In this document: positions 1 to 10,400 of the stretch, one piece after another
How positions within the stretch are numbered: position 1 is the first letter of the stretch
Layout: the number at the start of each line of letters is the position of its first letter
Assembly: GCA_028284545.1 (NCBI GenBank)
Contig: JANQRN010000104.1
Coordinates: forward strand, 1-48,401
Origin: Rhodothermales bacterium
GTDB taxonomy: Bacteria > Bacteroidota > Rhodothermia > Rhodothermales > JABDKH01
Direction: 5' to 3'
Length of the DNA: 48,401 nt
Notes under the pieces: model-generated
The model's database searches: none
What the model saw: the letters and a program-made list of their open reading frames with translations, nothing else
Told to the model about the DNA's origin: nothing
Program-made: the position numbers and the translations under genes

Positions 1-25
1 TATCCTGTGTACGGGGCTTATCGCC

Positions 26-322
26 GTGTATGCGCTGCTAGGGTCCGCCTGGGCCGACGGTATTCGTTGGTTCATCCTCATCTATACGCCGCTGATGCTC
101 CTCCTCAAGCTTGCAGCGCTGGCGGTTGGGCCGGGGACGCTGCGCGGTCGTAGTACTTCGAAGAAACTCGGTAACCAGGCACCACAGGCATTCTTCCACG
201 TCATTTACGCACTTAACGTCGTGCTGCTGCTGTACGCGCGTTGGTGGATCATGGCTGCAGCCTGGGCGATGATCTGGATCTTTTCCTACGTCTTTGAACG
301 CCGGAATCGGCCGTCATCCTGA
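26..322 (+). CDS. Small hydrophobic membrane protein. It is possibly truncated at the 5' end, because the reading frame stays open to the window start.
   Basis: The ORF has a GTG start. The protein has hydrophobic stretches consistent with two or three transmembrane helices. There is no in-frame stop between position 2 and position 26, so the gene may begin upstream of the window. No recognisable family. Confidence 0.35.
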   Translation: MYALLGSAWADGIRWFILIYTPLMLLLKLAALAVGPGTLRGRSTSKKLGNQAPQAFFHVIYALNVVLLLYARWWIMAAAWAMIWIFSYVFERRNRPSS

Positions 323-328
323 GCGTGC

Positions 329-2050
329 ATGCTGTCCACGTATTACTTGTTACGTGGCCTTGCGCACGAGTGGAGTAGTCTTCTATCCGGGAGTCGCATT
401 GGAGATCTCTACTCGCAGCGCCCCGACGAGTTGTCTATTCTGTTCGAGGCTGAAGAGCCGCTCACGCTACGCGCCAGCTTTGGAGGGAGACTTCGTTTTG
501 TGTACCTCGAGCCCACCGCTGCGCGAGCCCGGCGCAATGTGGCCGACGTGCTTGCGCCGGCGCGGGGACACGAAGTCCTAGGCGTTCGGGTCGCTGACCG
601 AGATCGCGTGCTTCATTTCGATCTCGCCGGCGGCATGCGAATCGACATCACGCTCTTTGGTGCGCGCGCCAACGCATTCCTGACAACGCCCGGAGAGGAG
701 CTCGCCGAGACCTTTCGTGGAACCGGGCAAACCGCGCCACCGGCACCCCGATCGGTCAGGAACACCGATGAGATTGCAGCGGCATTCCCGGAAACATGGT
801 CGGAGTTTCGGGCAGCCGATCACGACGGGCGCCGCCGCACGTGCGCGCAATTCGTGAGACGGGCGCATCCACTGATGAACTCGCTGCTCGCCGAGGAATG
901 TGTTGCGCGGAGCGGTCTGCCGAAGTACGTGGATGAGGTTGCGTCAGACGCTCTTGAGACCGCGCAATCGAACCTGATCGCCGCAATCCGCGAAGTGGAG
1001 AGCGAAGCGCTAGATCACAGGCATGCAAAGATCTACACGTGTGACGACCGACCCATGTCGATCTCTATCGTGCGTCTCAGCCACCCCACCGGGTGGGAAG
1101 CGAAGGAATACGATAGCATTTCAGAAGCGGTTCGTCGATTTGTTAAGCGTTCGCTGTCGTGGGCTCATTTCGATCGGGAGTACGTCCCGGTGCGCTCGGC
1201 CGTCCAGAAGGAGCTGGACAGAAACACGAAGCGGTTGGCCCGCCTCTCATCCGAGCTACAATCTCAATCCCGGGCTGATCGTTACGAGCATTGGGGGCAC
1301 GTGCTGATGGCTACGAATCCCGGTGTCGTGGACGTCCCCCCGGGCGGGCGTCCAGGAGACACGATTGTGGCCCTGATCGCTGACCCCTTCGATGCTGACG
1401 CGTCGTCCATCGAGATCCCAATTCAGCCACGGCTGTCGCTGGTGGAGAATGCCCAGCGGTACTACGAAAAGAGTAAGGCGACAAGAGCAGCGCGCGCTTC
1501 GGCAATGGGTCGCCTTGAAGAGATGACGAATCGCGTCATGCGGTTGGAGCGTCTGATCGAACGTCTGGACCAGGTTGCTTACCCGCAAGCCTGGCGAGAC
1601 GCCAAGAAGAAACTGTCCAGGGAACTTGCCCCGTACGCCAAACGAACGGGTGAGCGCGCCGAATCGGTGCCGTACAGGAGATTTGTGCTTGACAGTGGAT
1701 TCGAGGTCTGGGTCGGCCGCAACGCCAAGCAGAATGACGAGTTGACGACCAGGGCGGCACGGAAATTCGACCTTTGGATGCATGCTCGCGGAGCCGCCGG
1801 TTCCCATGCCGTCCTTCGATTGCCGTCCCGCGACGCGCAGGTCCCGGAAGACGTGGTCCTAACCGCGGCGGGTATTGCCGCGTACTACAGCAAGGCGAGG
1901 GGAGCCGATATGGCTCCGGTGATTGTTGCCGAGCGGAAGTTTGTGCGAAAGCCGCGTCGTGCGCCGGCGGGAACGGTTCTTGTTGATCGGCATCGGGTTG
2001 TTCTGGTCACGCCAGGACTGCCTTCGAGAACCAAAGACATCAGTAACTGA
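329..2050 (+). CDS. NFACT-family protein (FbpA/RqcH-like ribosome quality control factor)
   Basis: The N-terminal region looks like an NFACT-N domain (LLRGLAHEW...RIGDLYSQRPDELSILF). The C-terminal region looks like NFACT-R/DUF814 (FVLDSGFEVWVGRNAKQNDELTTRAARKFDLWMHARGAAGSHAVL). A coiled-coil middle region separates them. The 573-aa length is typical of the family. Confidence 0.75.
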   Translation: MLSTYYLLRGLAHEWSSLLSGSRIGDLYSQRPDELSILFEAEEPLTLRASFGGRLRFVYLEPTAARARRNVADVLAPARGHEVLGVRVADRDRVLHFDLAGGMRIDITLFGARANAFLTTPGEELAETFRGTGQTAPPAPRSVRNTDEIAAAFPETWSEFRAADHDGRRRTCAQFVRRAHPLMNSLLAEECVARSGLPKYVDEVASDALETAQSNLIAAIREVESEALDHRHAKIYTCDDRPMSISIVRLSHPTGWEAKEYDSISEAVRRFVKRSLSWAHFDREYVPVRSAVQKELDRNTKRLARLSSELQSQSRADRYEHWGHVLMATNPGVVDVPPGGRPGDTIVALIADPFDADASSIEIPIQPRLSLVENAQRYYEKSKATRAARASAMGRLEEMTNRVMRLERLIERLDQVAYPQAWRDAKKKLSRELAPYAKRTGERAESVPYRRFVLDSGFEVWVGRNAKQNDELTTRAARKFDLWMHARGAAGSHAVLRLPSRDAQVPEDVVLTAAGIAAYYSKARGADMAPVIVAERKFVRKPRRAPAGTVLVDRHRVVLVTPGLPSRTKDISN

Positions 2051-2069
2051 CAAGCGAAACTCGCGAACA

Positions 2070-2885
2070 ATGGAGCTCTGGGAAGCGGCACTACTGGGAC
2101 TGATCCAGGGACTGACGGAGTTCCTTCCGATTTCGTCGTCGGGGCACCTTGTCCTCGCACAGTTTCTACTCGGCGTAGAGGGTGGCGAAAACGTCACATT
2201 CGAGGTGTTTGTGCACTTCGGAACCGCGCTGAGCATCATCACTGTTTACCGAAAACGTCTCGCGCTGATCATCCGCGAGGTCATTGCGGCGCTGGGAAGT
2301 CCGACCACGCTGGCGGCTCGGTACAACGACACGGAACCGTTGCGTACGGCGGTCAACATTCTGATCACGTTGGTGCCGACGGGGCTCGTGTATTTGACGC
2401 TGAAGGACTTTCTCGAGGCGCGATTTGGTGATCCGCTCTTTGTGTGCGCGATGCTCATCGTGACAGGCATCTTGCTGCTGTTGACGATGTTGCGCAAGTC
2501 ACCCAGTGGAGATATTCGACTGCCGAAGGCGTTTCTGATTGGCTGCGCGCAGGCCGCGGCGATGCTTCCCGGCATCTCCCGCTCGGGCGCTACAATCTGC
2601 ACGGCCATCTACGCGAATACCGACCCGGAGAAAGCCGCGAACTTCTCGTTCCTGATGCTGCTTCCTGTCGTTTTGCTAGCTACAGTCATCAAGTCGCTCG
2701 ACATGGTTTCGGCGGGTGCGGCCGGCGGCTCCTGGATAGTCCTCGCGGTTGGGACGCTCGTTGCCTACATCTCGGGCATCGCGGCAATCAAGGCGCTTAT
2801 CGGCGTCGTCAGGCGCGGGCGTCTGGCCTGGTTTGCGCTCTATTGCTTCGCCGTCGGCGGGTTCGGCATCTGGTTGCTGGCGTAG
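2070..2885 (+). CDS. uppP: Undecaprenyl-diphosphatase (BacA/UppP)
   Basis: The N-terminal signature MELWEAALLGLIQGLTEFLPISSSGHLVLAQ matches UppP, and a second conserved region reads PGISRSGATI. The protein is a multi-pass membrane protein. The listed ORF (1923) has an upstream extension that overlaps the previous gene, so the start was refined to the internal ATG at 2070. Confidence 0.85.
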   Translation: MELWEAALLGLIQGLTEFLPISSSGHLVLAQFLLGVEGGENVTFEVFVHFGTALSIITVYRKRLALIIREVIAALGSPTTLAARYNDTEPLRTAVNILITLVPTGLVYLTLKDFLEARFGDPLFVCAMLIVTGILLLLTMLRKSPSGDIRLPKAFLIGCAQAAAMLPGISRSGATICTAIYANTDPEKAANFSFLMLLPVVLLATVIKSLDMVSAGAAGGSWIVLAVGTLVAYISGIAAIKALIGVVRRGRLAWFALYCFAVGGFGIWLLA

Positions 2886-2966
2886 CTGCCTCAGCTTAAA
2901 GAAATCGAGAGTCTGGCCGAAACAGCATAAGATTCTCGTTTTGATACGCGCACCTCGCTACCCCGC

Positions 2967-4445
2967 ATGAAATTCAAGATTTTCGTCGTCGACGACGACC
3001 GGCATTACGGTCGGATGCTGACCTACCGGCTCGAGAAAAATCTCGACCATGACGTACGTCACTTCACGAGCGGCGAGGAAGCGCTCGAACACATCGACAG
3101 CTCACCAGATCTCATTCTGCTGGACATCATGATGCCCGGCATCGGTGGCATGGAGACGCTGCGTCGCATTCGATCGACCCACACCGACGTTCCCGTTGTG
3201 ATGGTCTCAGCGCAGGGTGTGATTGACGTTGCCGTCGAGGCAATGCAGCTTGGCGCGTATGACTACATCACTAAGGGCCAGGACGACCTGCTGAAGCTGG
3301 ATACCGTTGTCAAGAACGCGCGAGAGAAAGCGAAGGTTGATCGGGAGTTGGAGACGCTGCGCAGCGTCGTCAAGCAACGATTTTCGCTGGGTGGCCTTGT
3401 GGGCGATAGCGCCGCGATGCGAAAGGTCTACAGCACGATTGAGAAAACACTTCGTGGCGATCTCACCGTCGCGATTCAGGGTGAAAGCGGAACGGGGAAA
3501 GAACTGGTCGCGAAAGCCATTCACTTCAATTCGCGCCGGAAGGACGGACCGTTCGTCGTTGTCAACTGTGCAGCAATCCCGCGTGAACTCATGGAGAGTG
3601 AGTTCTTTGGCCACGAAAAGGGTTCCTTCACCGGCGCGCATGCGCGAAAGATTGGGAAGTTCGAGCAGGCAGACGGTGGGACGATCTTCCTCGACGAGAT
3701 CGGTGAGCTCGATCTGGACCTGCAGGCGAAGCTGCTTCGGGCGCTGCAGTCTTTCGAGATAACGCGCGTTGGTGGTTCGGGGACGATCAAGTTTGATGCG
3801 CGCGTCATCTCGGCGACCAATCGCAATATTCAGCAGATGATCGGCGCTGGCAAGTTTCGCGAGGACCTTTACTACCGACTATTTCAGTTTCCGCTACTAC
3901 TGCCGCCGCTCCGCGAGCGGGGCGACGACCTGCTGTTGTTGGCGAACCACTTCCTGAAGGAGTACATAGCTGAGCATACAGAGTTTGCGGCGAAACGGTT
4001 AACGTCCGAAGCCAGGCGAGCAATTCTTGCGAACGCGTGGCCGGGCAACGTCAGGGAGCTGAAGTCGGCCGTCGAGCGTGCCGTGCTGGTGTCAGACTCT
4101 GACGACATTACCGCGGAGGACCTGATGCTTGATGCCGGGGCCGGCATTCCCTCCTGGAGCGCGGCCGGATCCGGCAATCATGGTGGTGCAGTGCAACCTG
4201 GGTCAGCCGGGCACAGTACAAACGGCGACTTCGGTGGCTCAACCGCCATGGGTGCGCCTGCCGACGACGATGTTGTCCTCGGTCTCGGGGAGAACGATAT
4301 TGTACCATTGGACGATCTCAAGCGGCGCGCGATCAAGCGTGCGTACAGAGTCTGCGACGGCAACGTTGATCGAGCCGCCGTTGAGCTGGGGATTGGCAGG
4401 GCGACCATGTACCGACTTCTCAAGAAGTACGACGTGATGCGCTGA
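2967..4445 (+). CDS. Sigma-54-dependent Fis-family response regulator (NtrC-like). It has a receiver domain, an AAA+ sigma-54 activator domain and a C-terminal HTH.
   Basis: The receiver domain is visible (VVDDD...D at LLDIMMPG). The Walker A reads GESGTGKELVAKAIH. The GAFTGA-type motif is present as GSFTGA, and ELDLDLQAKLLRALQ follows. The C-terminal Fis-type HTH reads ELGIGRATMYRLLKKY. A Gly/Ser-rich linker of about 60 aa precedes the HTH. Confidence 0.85.
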   Translation: MKFKIFVVDDDRHYGRMLTYRLEKNLDHDVRHFTSGEEALEHIDSSPDLILLDIMMPGIGGMETLRRIRSTHTDVPVVMVSAQGVIDVAVEAMQLGAYDYITKGQDDLLKLDTVVKNAREKAKVDRELETLRSVVKQRFSLGGLVGDSAAMRKVYSTIEKTLRGDLTVAIQGESGTGKELVAKAIHFNSRRKDGPFVVVNCAAIPRELMESEFFGHEKGSFTGAHARKIGKFEQADGGTIFLDEIGELDLDLQAKLLRALQSFEITRVGGSGTIKFDARVISATNRNIQQMIGAGKFREDLYYRLFQFPLLLPPLRERGDDLLLLANHFLKEYIAEHTEFAAKRLTSEARRAILANAWPGNVRELKSAVERAVLVSDSDDITAEDLMLDAGAGIPSWSAAGSGNHGGAVQPGSAGHSTNGDFGGSTAMGAPADDDVVLGLGENDIVPLDDLKRRAIKRAYRVCDGNVDRAAVELGIGRATMYRLLKKYDVMR

Positions 4446-4479
4446 GCCTACGTAGCATCGTTCGACCAAGCCCGGCCTG

Positions 4480-5334
4480 ATGATTCAGGCCCAATTGCCT
4501 GTCGGCGGTGTTACAGCGATGCGATTGACGAAGTACGAGAAACAGGTTCAGCGCGAGATCGAGGGATGGCAGTCGGGGACGGGGTCGTTCCTTTTCAAGG
4601 CCATCAACTGGGCCATGCAGCCCATGGACTGGGTCGTGAGCCGCGTCGTATCGCCCGATCTCGAGGAGCAGGCCGACGAAGCGGTAAACCAGCTGCTCTC
4701 GATCCTGAACGACGCGTCGAAGTGGACTAGCGACTTTGACGGCATCATCGAGGCCGCGGCGCGGCGCGGCGTTGAGGTGGAGTCTATTCGGGAGCTGCGC
4801 GACGAAGACCTCGAAGTCCTCGACGAACTCGCCCGGGAGCAGTTTTCGAGCAACGCCATCCTCGCAGCCATAGAAGGGGGGGGCACGGGTCTGGGAGGCG
4901 TATTCCTTATCGCGGCCGACATTCCGCTGCTGTTCGCCATAAACCTTCGCATGATCCAGCACATCGCGGCCTGCTACGGCTTCATGCTGGACGACGAATC
5001 GTATCGCCCGCTGATACTCTCTGTCTTTAACGTGGCTTCTTCCGGGTCGTCAGAGGCCAAGGTTGACTCCATTCGTGAGATCAGTGTGGCCGCAGCCGCT
5101 TTCGCCAACGACCTCGACTATCGTGGTCGCGTCCGCGGCTCATTTCGCGACCAGAACCGCCACCTGCCGCGGGAGATCGTCAAGAACGTCCTCGGTCGAA
5201 AACTGGCGCAGACGATCCCCATCGCCGGTGCCGCCGTCGGCGCAGGCATCAACTACTGGTTCACGACTGAGTGCGCAAATACCGCGCACATGCTCTTCCG
5301 TGCGCTCTACCTAGAACGGAAAGACCGCCTGTAG
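4480..5334 (+). CDS. Hypothetical protein, tentatively EcsC-family
   Basis: The protein is 284 aa. An acidic coiled-coil N-terminal half is followed by a Gly-rich motif, IEGGGTGLGGVFLIAADIPLLF, which is reminiscent of EcsC-family proteins. The assignment rests on motif resemblance only. The start could instead be the internal Met at about 4519. Confidence 0.35.
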   Translation: MIQAQLPVGGVTAMRLTKYEKQVQREIEGWQSGTGSFLFKAINWAMQPMDWVVSRVVSPDLEEQADEAVNQLLSILNDASKWTSDFDGIIEAAARRGVEVESIRELRDEDLEVLDELAREQFSSNAILAAIEGGGTGLGGVFLIAADIPLLFAINLRMIQHIAACYGFMLDDESYRPLILSVFNVASSGSSEAKVDSIREISVAAAAFANDLDYRGRVRGSFRDQNRHLPREIVKNVLGRKLAQTIPIAGAAVGAGINYWFTTECANTAHMLFRALYLERKDRL

Positions 5335-5342
5335 GCGCGAAC

Positions 5343-6653
5343 ATGCCGCTAGTTGCCATTGTCGGCCGACCAAACGTCGGCAAATCCACTCTGTTCAATC
5401 GTCTCACCGAGCAGCGTGTAGCGATCGTACACGATGAACCGGGCGTCACTAGAGACCGCGTCTATGGCGAGGCGGAGTGGAACGGGCTGGCGTTCCAGGT
5501 GATCGATACAGGAGGATTTGTGCCGGCGTCGAAGGATGTGTACGAAAGCGCAATCCGTAACCAGGTTGCCGTCGCGCTCGACCAGGCTGATGCGATTTTG
5601 TTTGTCGTCGACGTTACCGTCGGCTCGGCAGACCTCGACGAGGGCGTTGCCGAGATGTTGCGGGTTGCCAACAAACCCGTATTTGTCGTTGCGAACAAAG
5701 CCGACAACCAGAAACTTCGGTGGGGAGCGGCTGAATTCTATTCGTTTGGCCTGGGCGAGGTCTATCCCGTGAGTTCCATCAACGGCTCGGGTACAGGCGA
5801 ACTTCTCGATGCGCTTGTTGAGGCGCTGCCAGATGACGACGAAGCGATCTCAAACGACGCCGATGAGTCGATCCGGCTGGCGATTATCGGCCGGCCAAAC
5901 GTTGGGAAGTCTTCTCTCGCGAATGACCTCCTCGGTGAGGAGCGCTCTATTGTGGCCGACGAAAGTGGAACCACGCGAGACTCTATTGATAGCCGTCTGC
6001 AGTTCCATGGGCGCGAGATCGTCCTGGTTGATACAGCCGGCCTGCGCAGACGCAGTAGGGTTAGAGAGAACGTTGAGTTCTATTCGCTCCTGCGCACTGA
6101 GCGCGCAATCAAGGAGTGCGACGTTGCGATCATGATGATCGACGCAACGCAGGGCCTCGAGTCCCAGGACATCAAAGTCTTGAGGCAGGCAGCCGACCTG
6201 AACAAAGGGCTTGTGATTGCGGTCAACAAATGGGACCTGGTCGAAAAAGAAACCAACACCGCTCGAGATGTTGAACGTGAGATCAAGGAGCGGCTCGCAA
6301 CACTCCGGTACGTTCCCGTCGTGTTTGTCTCAGCCCTGACCAAGCAACGCGTTCACAAGCTTCTGGAGGTGGCGATTGCCGTTGCTGATCGTCGTAAGCA
6401 ACGAATCGTGACAAGCGAGTTGAATGAGGTGATGCTTGCGGCAATCGAGCGCCGCCATCCGCCGACGTACCGGAATCGGTACGTGAAAATTAAACACGTG
6501 CTGCAGGTGAAGACAGATCCGCCTGTTATTGCTTTCTTCTGCAACTACCCACGTGGCGTGAAGGAAAACTACCAGCGATACCTCGAGGGGCAACTTCGGC
6601 GCGCGTACGACTTTGTAGGCGTTCCGTTGAGCCTCGTTTTCCGGCAGAAATGA
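5343..6653 (+). CDS. der: Ribosome-associated GTPase Der (EngA), with two G domains and a KH-like C-terminus
   Basis: There are two P-loops, GRPNVGKSTLFNRL and GRPNVGKSSLANDL, plus DTGG and DTAG motifs and two NKXD boxes. The N-terminus reads MPLVAIVGRPNVGKS, so the start was refined from 5271 to the ATG at 5343. Confidence 0.9.
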   Translation: MPLVAIVGRPNVGKSTLFNRLTEQRVAIVHDEPGVTRDRVYGEAEWNGLAFQVIDTGGFVPASKDVYESAIRNQVAVALDQADAILFVVDVTVGSADLDEGVAEMLRVANKPVFVVANKADNQKLRWGAAEFYSFGLGEVYPVSSINGSGTGELLDALVEALPDDDEAISNDADESIRLAIIGRPNVGKSSLANDLLGEERSIVADESGTTRDSIDSRLQFHGREIVLVDTAGLRRRSRVRENVEFYSLLRTERAIKECDVAIMMIDATQGLESQDIKVLRQAADLNKGLVIAVNKWDLVEKETNTARDVEREIKERLATLRYVPVVFVSALTKQRVHKLLEVAIAVADRRKQRIVTSELNEVMLAAIERRHPPTYRNRYVKIKHVLQVKTDPPVIAFFCNYPRGVKENYQRYLEGQLRRAYDFVGVPLSLVFRQK

Positions 6654-7453
6654 TGTTGAGAGTTCACACTGTCGATAGTTTCAGCGCGTCTCCGTTCTCA
6701 GGTAACCCTGCGGCAGTTTGTGTGCTCGCCGCGTTTCCGTCGGAAGAATGGATGCAGCAGCTTGCCACGGAAATGAACCTCTCTGAAACTGCGTTCGTCG
6801 TTCCGGCTGGCGACGAATTTGGATTGCGGTGGTTCACCCCGGCAGCCGAGGTCGACCTGTGCGGACACGCGACGCTGGCCGCTGCCCACGTGCTGTGGCA
6901 GGAGGGCGTAGTCGCTTCTGGGCGCGAGATCAAGTTCGAAACCCGCAGCGGTCAACTTGGCGCGAGAACCGATGGGTCCTGGATTACGCTCGATTTCCCG
7001 ACAGAACGGGTTGCGCGAATTGAGCTGCCGGACGGGCTCGCGGGTGCGCTCGGGGTCGCACCGTCCGGTGTCTTCCGAAACCGCATGGATCTGCTGGTGC
7101 AGTTCGAGTCGGAACGCGTCGTGCGCGCGCTGACACCGAACCTCGAACTCCTCTCGGCTCACGAAGTGCGCGGTGTGATTGTCACCGCGTCGTCGTCTGA
7201 GAAACCCTATGACTACGTATCCCGGTTCTTTGCACCGCGGTTCGGCGTACCCGAAGACCCGGTGACCGGTTCGGCCCACTGCGCCCTGGGGCCGTTCTGG
7301 TCTGATCGACTCGGTAGCGAATCGCTTGTCGGCTACCAGGCGTCACCGCGCGGTGGAACGGTACGGACGACGGTAAAAGACGACAGGGTGCTTCTGTCCG
7401 GACAGGCCGTCAGCGTGTACAGTGCAGACCTTTCTGCAGCTGCGCAACCGTAG
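6650..7453 (+). CDS. PhzF-family phenazine-biosynthesis-like isomerase
   Basis: The protein carries GNPAAVCVL, WFTPAAEVDLCGHATLAAAHVL and a C-terminal DPVTGSAHCALGPFW, all characteristic of the PhzF/YHI9 fold. Its start overlaps the der stop by 4 bp. Confidence 0.8.
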   Translation: MMLRVHTVDSFSASPFSGNPAAVCVLAAFPSEEWMQQLATEMNLSETAFVVPAGDEFGLRWFTPAAEVDLCGHATLAAAHVLWQEGVVASGREIKFETRSGQLGARTDGSWITLDFPTERVARIELPDGLAGALGVAPSGVFRNRMDLLVQFESERVVRALTPNLELLSAHEVRGVIVTASSSEKPYDYVSRFFAPRFGVPEDPVTGSAHCALGPFWSDRLGSESLVGYQASPRGGTVRTTVKDDRVLLSGQAVSVYSADLSAAAQP

Positions 7454-7463
7454 GGCTGCGTAA

Positions 7464-10400
7464 CTACCAGCCCGGTACGAGCTGAAGGCCGAAGTGGGCC
7501 CCCTTGTCCGGTCGCTGGAACGGGTACGCGTAGAAGATCTCCATCACCATGTAGCCGAACAGGTTGAAGCGGCTTGAGGCGCCAACGCTTACCATCGGTG
7601 ACCGAGCGGTCGGCTCTCGCTTGAACTCGAGCACAGGGGCCTCGTCCTTGGTCCATGCAAGGCCCGCGTCCGCGAACAGCGACAGCTCCGTTGGGAGGTA
7701 CGGGAAGTTGATCAACCCGAGTTGCTCAGAGCCGAACAACGGAAACCGGATTTCAGCGCTGGCTAAAGCGATCCGCGTCCCAAACAGGTTGTTCAGCGAG
7801 CACGCGCCACTGTTCGGCAGTCGCAGCGTACACTCCGCGGGTTCCAATGAAGCGTAGCTGTAGCCGCGGATAAAGGACAGACTATTCCCATACCCCAGGT
7901 ACTCCTGCGTGAAGACTCCAGTATCGTCGCTGTTGTCTTCCTGGGCGAAGTAGTTGCCAACATGCAGGCCACGGATGGCGAACGTGAACGGCTTCGCGAA
8001 GTGGTACTTCCGATAGTCGCCAACTACGCGCAGGAACGACTCAGAGCCGATGAATGGTGAGACCTCGACGCGATACCGACCACCCTGGATCGGCGACGTA
8101 AACCCAAAGAACGAGTAGTCGCCGATGTAGGATAGCGATGAGTTCGCGAAGTAGATCGGGTCTGGAGCGGGTACCTGTTCAACATCACGGGTAAAGGTCA
8201 GGAAGTCCTGCGTGTACCGCTCGATTTCGTAGTCGAACCCATATCGCACAAATCCGCCCGACAACTCAAACCGTCGCGTCGTCGAAAGCGGATACGACGC
8301 AAGGCCGCTAAGCTGATCGATGAAGATGCGACGGCGGAATTGCTCGATCTGATACGAATTGCCGTCAGGCGACAACGAATAGCTCGAGGACAGGATCAAA
8401 TAGGGGATGTGCGCGATTTGGCCACCCCAGTTCAGTCGGTTCTTCTGATTCAGGTATGATACCTGGCCTCCAATGTCTTTGAACGTTCCGTTTGCCTGCG
8501 CCACCACCGTCAGATTATGGTTGCCAAGCATATCGGAGAAGAAGAGCCCGATTCCACCTGAGACGCCGGTGCCAAATGGCCCGCCGGCCGAGACACCAAC
8601 TGACGGCGGCGCAACGTAGTCGAGCTTCAACCGCGCACCATAGTCCTTGATGTCATAATCCTCAGGATCTGGCAACCCGGATAGCGGGTCGTCCAGGTAG
8701 CTCGCTACCAATCCGGCATTGCTAGCATACGCGGGCGGAAGGGCTCGCGCCGAGGCCGCAAACTCGCGATCCTGAACTTCGACGAGCGTACCGACGGTCT
8801 CTGATGCTTCGCGGGAGAAGATTGTGTACTTGTTGTTCGAGAAGACAGAGTACATCATACGTCCGCTCTGTCCGGCGACCGTCAGCGCAGGTGAGGTAGC
8901 CGTAATGCCACTGATGCCAGTCTGCACGTCGGTCACACGATAGACGAGATCCTCGTCGAGAGCGTATCGGTACACATCTTTGAATCCGTCCTGATCGGAA
9001 ACGAAGAAGACGGATTGTCCGTCAGGCGAGTACTGCGGGTTGATGTGCAACGCATCGTCGAACGGAACGATCGTATCGAGCTCTCCTGTCTCCACGTTGA
9101 TGAAGGACAGCCTGAGCTTGGCGTAGTCCAGTGTCTCGAAGTCCGTTCCGTACGGTCCTCGATCAGAAGCAAACGCGATCGTCTTGCTGTCGGGAGACCA
9201 CGAAGGATGGAGGTCGCCAAACTTGTCGTCGGTGAGCTGTTTTACATCGCCAGACTCCACGTCGAAGACGTAGATGTCGCTGATGCCGCCATCAATTCCG
9301 GAGAAGGCGATGCTCTTTCCGTCAGGCGACCAGGCCGGGTTGGACATCGCAGTGACACCCTCCACGGCAATGCGACGCTCGACGCGGCCCGAATTCCAAT
9401 CCAGGATCGCCAACTCGTTGTCTCCTTGGACAAAGGTGACAAACACAAACTGGCGACCATCCGGAGACCACGAACCTGCCGAACTGATAAACCGGATCGC
9501 ATCGAAGTGTGGATTTGATCGCGTGCCTTTCAGGCTCTTGACGACCTTCCCGGTCTCAGCATCGGCGATGAAGAGGTTGACCTGGAACAAGTTCTTCTCA
9601 GACAGGAATGCCACCCACTTGCCGTCGGGGCTTACCGACGGCGAGATGTTCATGCTTCCGGATGTCTCTTCCGAGACGAGCATGCGTCCGGCGGAGTCCG
9701 CTGGCGTACGACCTTCCGTTAGCGGCAGGTATGCTTCCTTCACCGACGAGATCCACTCCTGCGAGAGCGAGTCGGGCTTGATTCCGAGCGTGTAGACGAA
9801 GGCCGAATCCAACCCGACTCGGCCGCCGAGCTTGAAGATGTTGGCCACGGCAGCGTCGCCGTACTTGCCGCCGACGTACGCCATGTAGGCCTGCCCGTAT
9901 CGATACGGGAAGTACTTGTAGCCGTTGGACAGGTCGTCGATCGTCGGGAGATCGTCGCGAAGTGCCGCATCGCGAAGCCACATTGCGGTGTGCGCGTCGT
10001 TGCGACCAACGGAGAGATACTCGGCAGTGCCCTCGATGAGCCAGAGTGGGAGCAACTGGAAAGCAAACTGTACGGAGTCCTCCTTGGAGAGTCCGATGTC
10101 GTACTGGTACGAGTGTACGAGTTCATGACCCAGTACGTGGTCGGTCTCACTGTAGAGACCCGTGAGCGGCATGATGACGCGCTCCTTAAGTGACTCCGTT
10201 ACGCCACCGGTGCCTTGCCCCAGGCTACCGGATATGGCATTGGTCTGCTGGAAGTCTGCATCGTTCGCGTAAAGGATGATCGGCTTCCGCTTCCTAAACT
10301 CTCGGAGGTACGTCTGGGAGTGCCGTTCGTACCAGCGCTCGGCCATGCGCGCGGCGTCTTCTACAGCAACCTGCGCTTCACCATAGAAGTAGATTTCGAA

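Noticed and set aside
1256-1807. An antisense 183-aa ORF within the NFACT/RqcH-like gene, along with many similar antisense ORFs (e.g. 4420..4962, 6698..7279, 14012..14590, 18476..19189, 45769..46701)
   Set aside because: All of them are embedded in, or opposite to, genes with clear homology. The long open frames are expected at about 65% GC.
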